Below are positions 62,639 to 64,000 of a stretch of 64,000 bases of DNA, piece by piece (position 1 is the stretch's first letter; every line of letters starts with the position of its first letter). Made by a program: the position numbers and the translations under genes. The notes under the pieces were generated by a model. It was given only the letters and a program-made list of their open reading frames with translations, searched no databases and had not been told where the DNA came from. The stretch covers positions 15,129-79,128 of the forward strand of contig JAVEDP010000007.1 in NCBI GenBank assembly GCA_030841085.1. The letters are read 5' to 3'. Source of the DNA: Pyrinomonadaceae bacterium. GTDB taxonomy: Bacteria; Acidobacteriota; Blastocatellia; Pyrinomonadales; Pyrinomonadaceae.

Positions 62639-62694
62639 CAAGACTTTAGTCTGTGCTGTTGCCGCGAAGGCACAGACTAAAAAGTCTATGGCAC
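62638..62694. repeat. GGCACAGACTTTAGTCTGTGCC-family element (copy 4)
   Basis: GCAAGACTTTAGTCTGTGC ... GGCACAGACTAAAAAGTCTATGGCAC, starting at the arsI stop codon. Confidence 0.85.
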
Positions 62695-62695
62695 T

Positions 62696-62731
62696 AAAAA
62701 AGCCTGGACGTTTCAATCGTCCAGGCTTTTG
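62696..62731. terminator. Bidirectional Rho-independent terminator
   Basis: AAAAA-AGCCTGGACG-TTTCAAT-CGTCCAGGCT-TTT, between the convergent arsI and the Spy-like gene. Confidence 0.8.
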
Positions 62732-62753
62732 CTCGAAGTGAAGTTCCGGCTGC

Positions 62754-63281
62754 TTATTTCGGGTTCTTGTTCTGAAGCTCTTGTCGCTCTTTCATGTGCT
62801 GTTCAAACTTCGCTTTGCGCTCCTGCTGCAACTGCTCAAGTTTGGTTTTCTGTTCCGCTGTCAAAATTCCTTCCATCTCAGCGCGGATGCCTTCCATACT
62901 CGCTCGCATCTCCTGACGCAAAGCCTTTGCGCGTGCTTCATCGTCGGCGGTGAAGGTGCCGGCAATTCGTTTCTCGCGCAGCGCGAACAATTCTTCCCGC
63001 TGCGACTTCGTGCCGGCCAAACGCCGCTGCATGATTGCGCGTGACTGCTGGCGCTGCTCGTCGGTGAGATTCAATTCGCGCAGGAGTTGGCCCGCGCCTC
63101 CCCGGTGTCCCATTCGTTCACGACGACCCCGGCGTTCACCGCGTGCGGCGAATCGCTCGGATCTGTTCTTGAGCCCAGAATCGGAGTCAGGCGACGGTGT
63201 CTGCGTTTGCTGGGCGACGACAACCGTGCCGAACGCGAGGATGATCCCTAAAATTGTGATTAAGCTCTTTCGTGAGTACAT
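62754..63281 (-). CDS. Periplasmic Spy/CpxP-family (LTxxQ motif) protein
   Basis: Signal peptide, two LTxxQ motifs (LNLTDEQRQQ, LTAEQKTKL) and a highly charged helical sequence. Confidence 0.75.
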   Translation of the reverse strand: MYSRKSLITILGIILAFGTVVVAQQTQTPSPDSDSGLKNRSERFAARGERRGRRERMGHRGGAGQLLRELNLTDEQRQQSRAIMQRRLAGTKSQREELFALREKRIAGTFTADDEARAKALRQEMRASMEGIRAEMEGILTAEQKTKLEQLQQERKAKFEQHMKERQELQNKNPK

Positions 63282-63508
63282 TTCTGTAAAACTCCTTCGC
63301 TAATAATCTATGGCTTTATCCTTTTCCTTAGACGGCGCAGCCCGGAAGTTGGTCTGGAAAGATAGCGATTGACTTTTCAAAGCAATGCAGAGTACTTTAC
63401 AACGCAAAGACACGAGCCAGGGCTGACTTCGGTTTTGTCTCCAGTCGTCAAATCGTAAAAGTTTGTGAGTAGTAAAAAACTGAAGCGTCACGCTACAATA
63501 CCGCGCCA

Positions 63509-64000
63509 ATGGATCTTCTCGAAAAAATAGACTCACCGGCGGATTTGCGCCGCCTGCCGGTTGAGCAATTGCAATCGGTCGCAGACGAAATTCGGCAGTA
63601 CATACTCGAGACAATGTCGCGAGTAGGTGGCCATACCGGGGCTTCACTCGGCGCCATAGAGCTCGCTGTGGCCCTGCATTACGCGTTCGATACGCCGAAG
63701 GACCGCTTGGTTTGGGACGTAGGCCACCAGGCCTATGCGCACAAAATTCTTACGGGGCGTCGCGCAGAATTGCCCACCATCAAACAATATGGCGGCATCA
63801 GTGGTTTCCTGCGGCGTGACGAATCGGAGTACGACACGTTTGGCGCCGGCCACGCTTCCACTTCGCTTTCGGCCGCGCTTGGCATGGCTATCGCTCGCGA
63901 TAAGAAAGGCGAGGATCATCACGTGGTGGCATTGATTGGTGATGCCTCGCTCGCCGGCGGCATGGCGATGGAGGCTATCAATCAGGCCGGGCATTTAAAG
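63509..64000 (+). CDS. dxs: 1-deoxy-D-xylulose-5-phosphate synthase, N-terminal 164 codons (runs off the right edge)
   Basis: [16 protein letters not shown]..., [44 protein letters not shown]. It is not in the ORF track because there is no stop inside the window. Confidence 0.93.
   Translation, partial: MDLLEKIDSPADLRRLPVEQLQSVADEIRQYILETMSRVGGHTGASLGAIELAVALHYAFDTPKDRLVWDVGHQAYAHKILTGRRAELPTIKQYGGISGFLRRDESEYDTFGAGHASTSLSAALGMAIARDKKGEDHHVVALIGDASLAGGMAMEAINQAGHLK

Overview
This 64-kb window looks like an ordinary chromosomal segment. GC is roughly 55-65% in coding DNA, from hand counts of a few 60-nt blocks. The proteins look like those of a free-living aerobic bacterium, possibly Acidobacteriota-like; that taxonomy is inference only. 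I can support about 62 protein genes and one tRNA-Ser(GCU). I found no rRNA, CRISPR array, transposase, integrase or phage genes.

Gene content:
- Housekeeping genes: alaS, recX, truB, crcB, ppa, htrA, prmC, murA, pckG, recR, ybaB, hutI, gltX, and dxs (partial).
- A respiratory locus of about 15.5 kb (25785-41328): alternative complex III (actABCDEF), an extra membrane protein, an SCO copper chaperone, a caa3-type oxidase (coxBACD) and a 2Fe-2S domain protein.
- Two type II toxin-antitoxin pairs: a MazF-like pair, and a DUF4258 toxin with a zinc-ribbon partner.
- An exopolysaccharide-like cluster: a fused GH18-like/CE4/GT2 synthase, a Cys-rich secreted protein and a GT-C enzyme.
- An arsR / GNAT / arsI trio, likely for organoarsenical resistance.

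The most unusual signal is non-coding. Most intergenic gaps, including the intercistronic gaps of the respiratory locus, hold a long imperfect hairpin. The arms of many are degenerate tandem arrays of a 7-nt unit. Several nested-palindrome families also recur. Some of these repeats run in frame into coding sequence (actB, actE, SCO).

Other leads:
- a promoter-to-terminator candidate small RNA bracketed by two copies of a 100-nt element
- the same CU-rich heptamer array directly upstream of both aminoacyl-tRNA synthetase genes
- a frameshifted membrane gene
- a low-GC mosaic segment inside alaS
- a toxin with an unexplained N-terminal domain of about 160 aa

I found no clear multi-gene system of new function. 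All homology calls come from motifs I recognise by eye, not from database searches.
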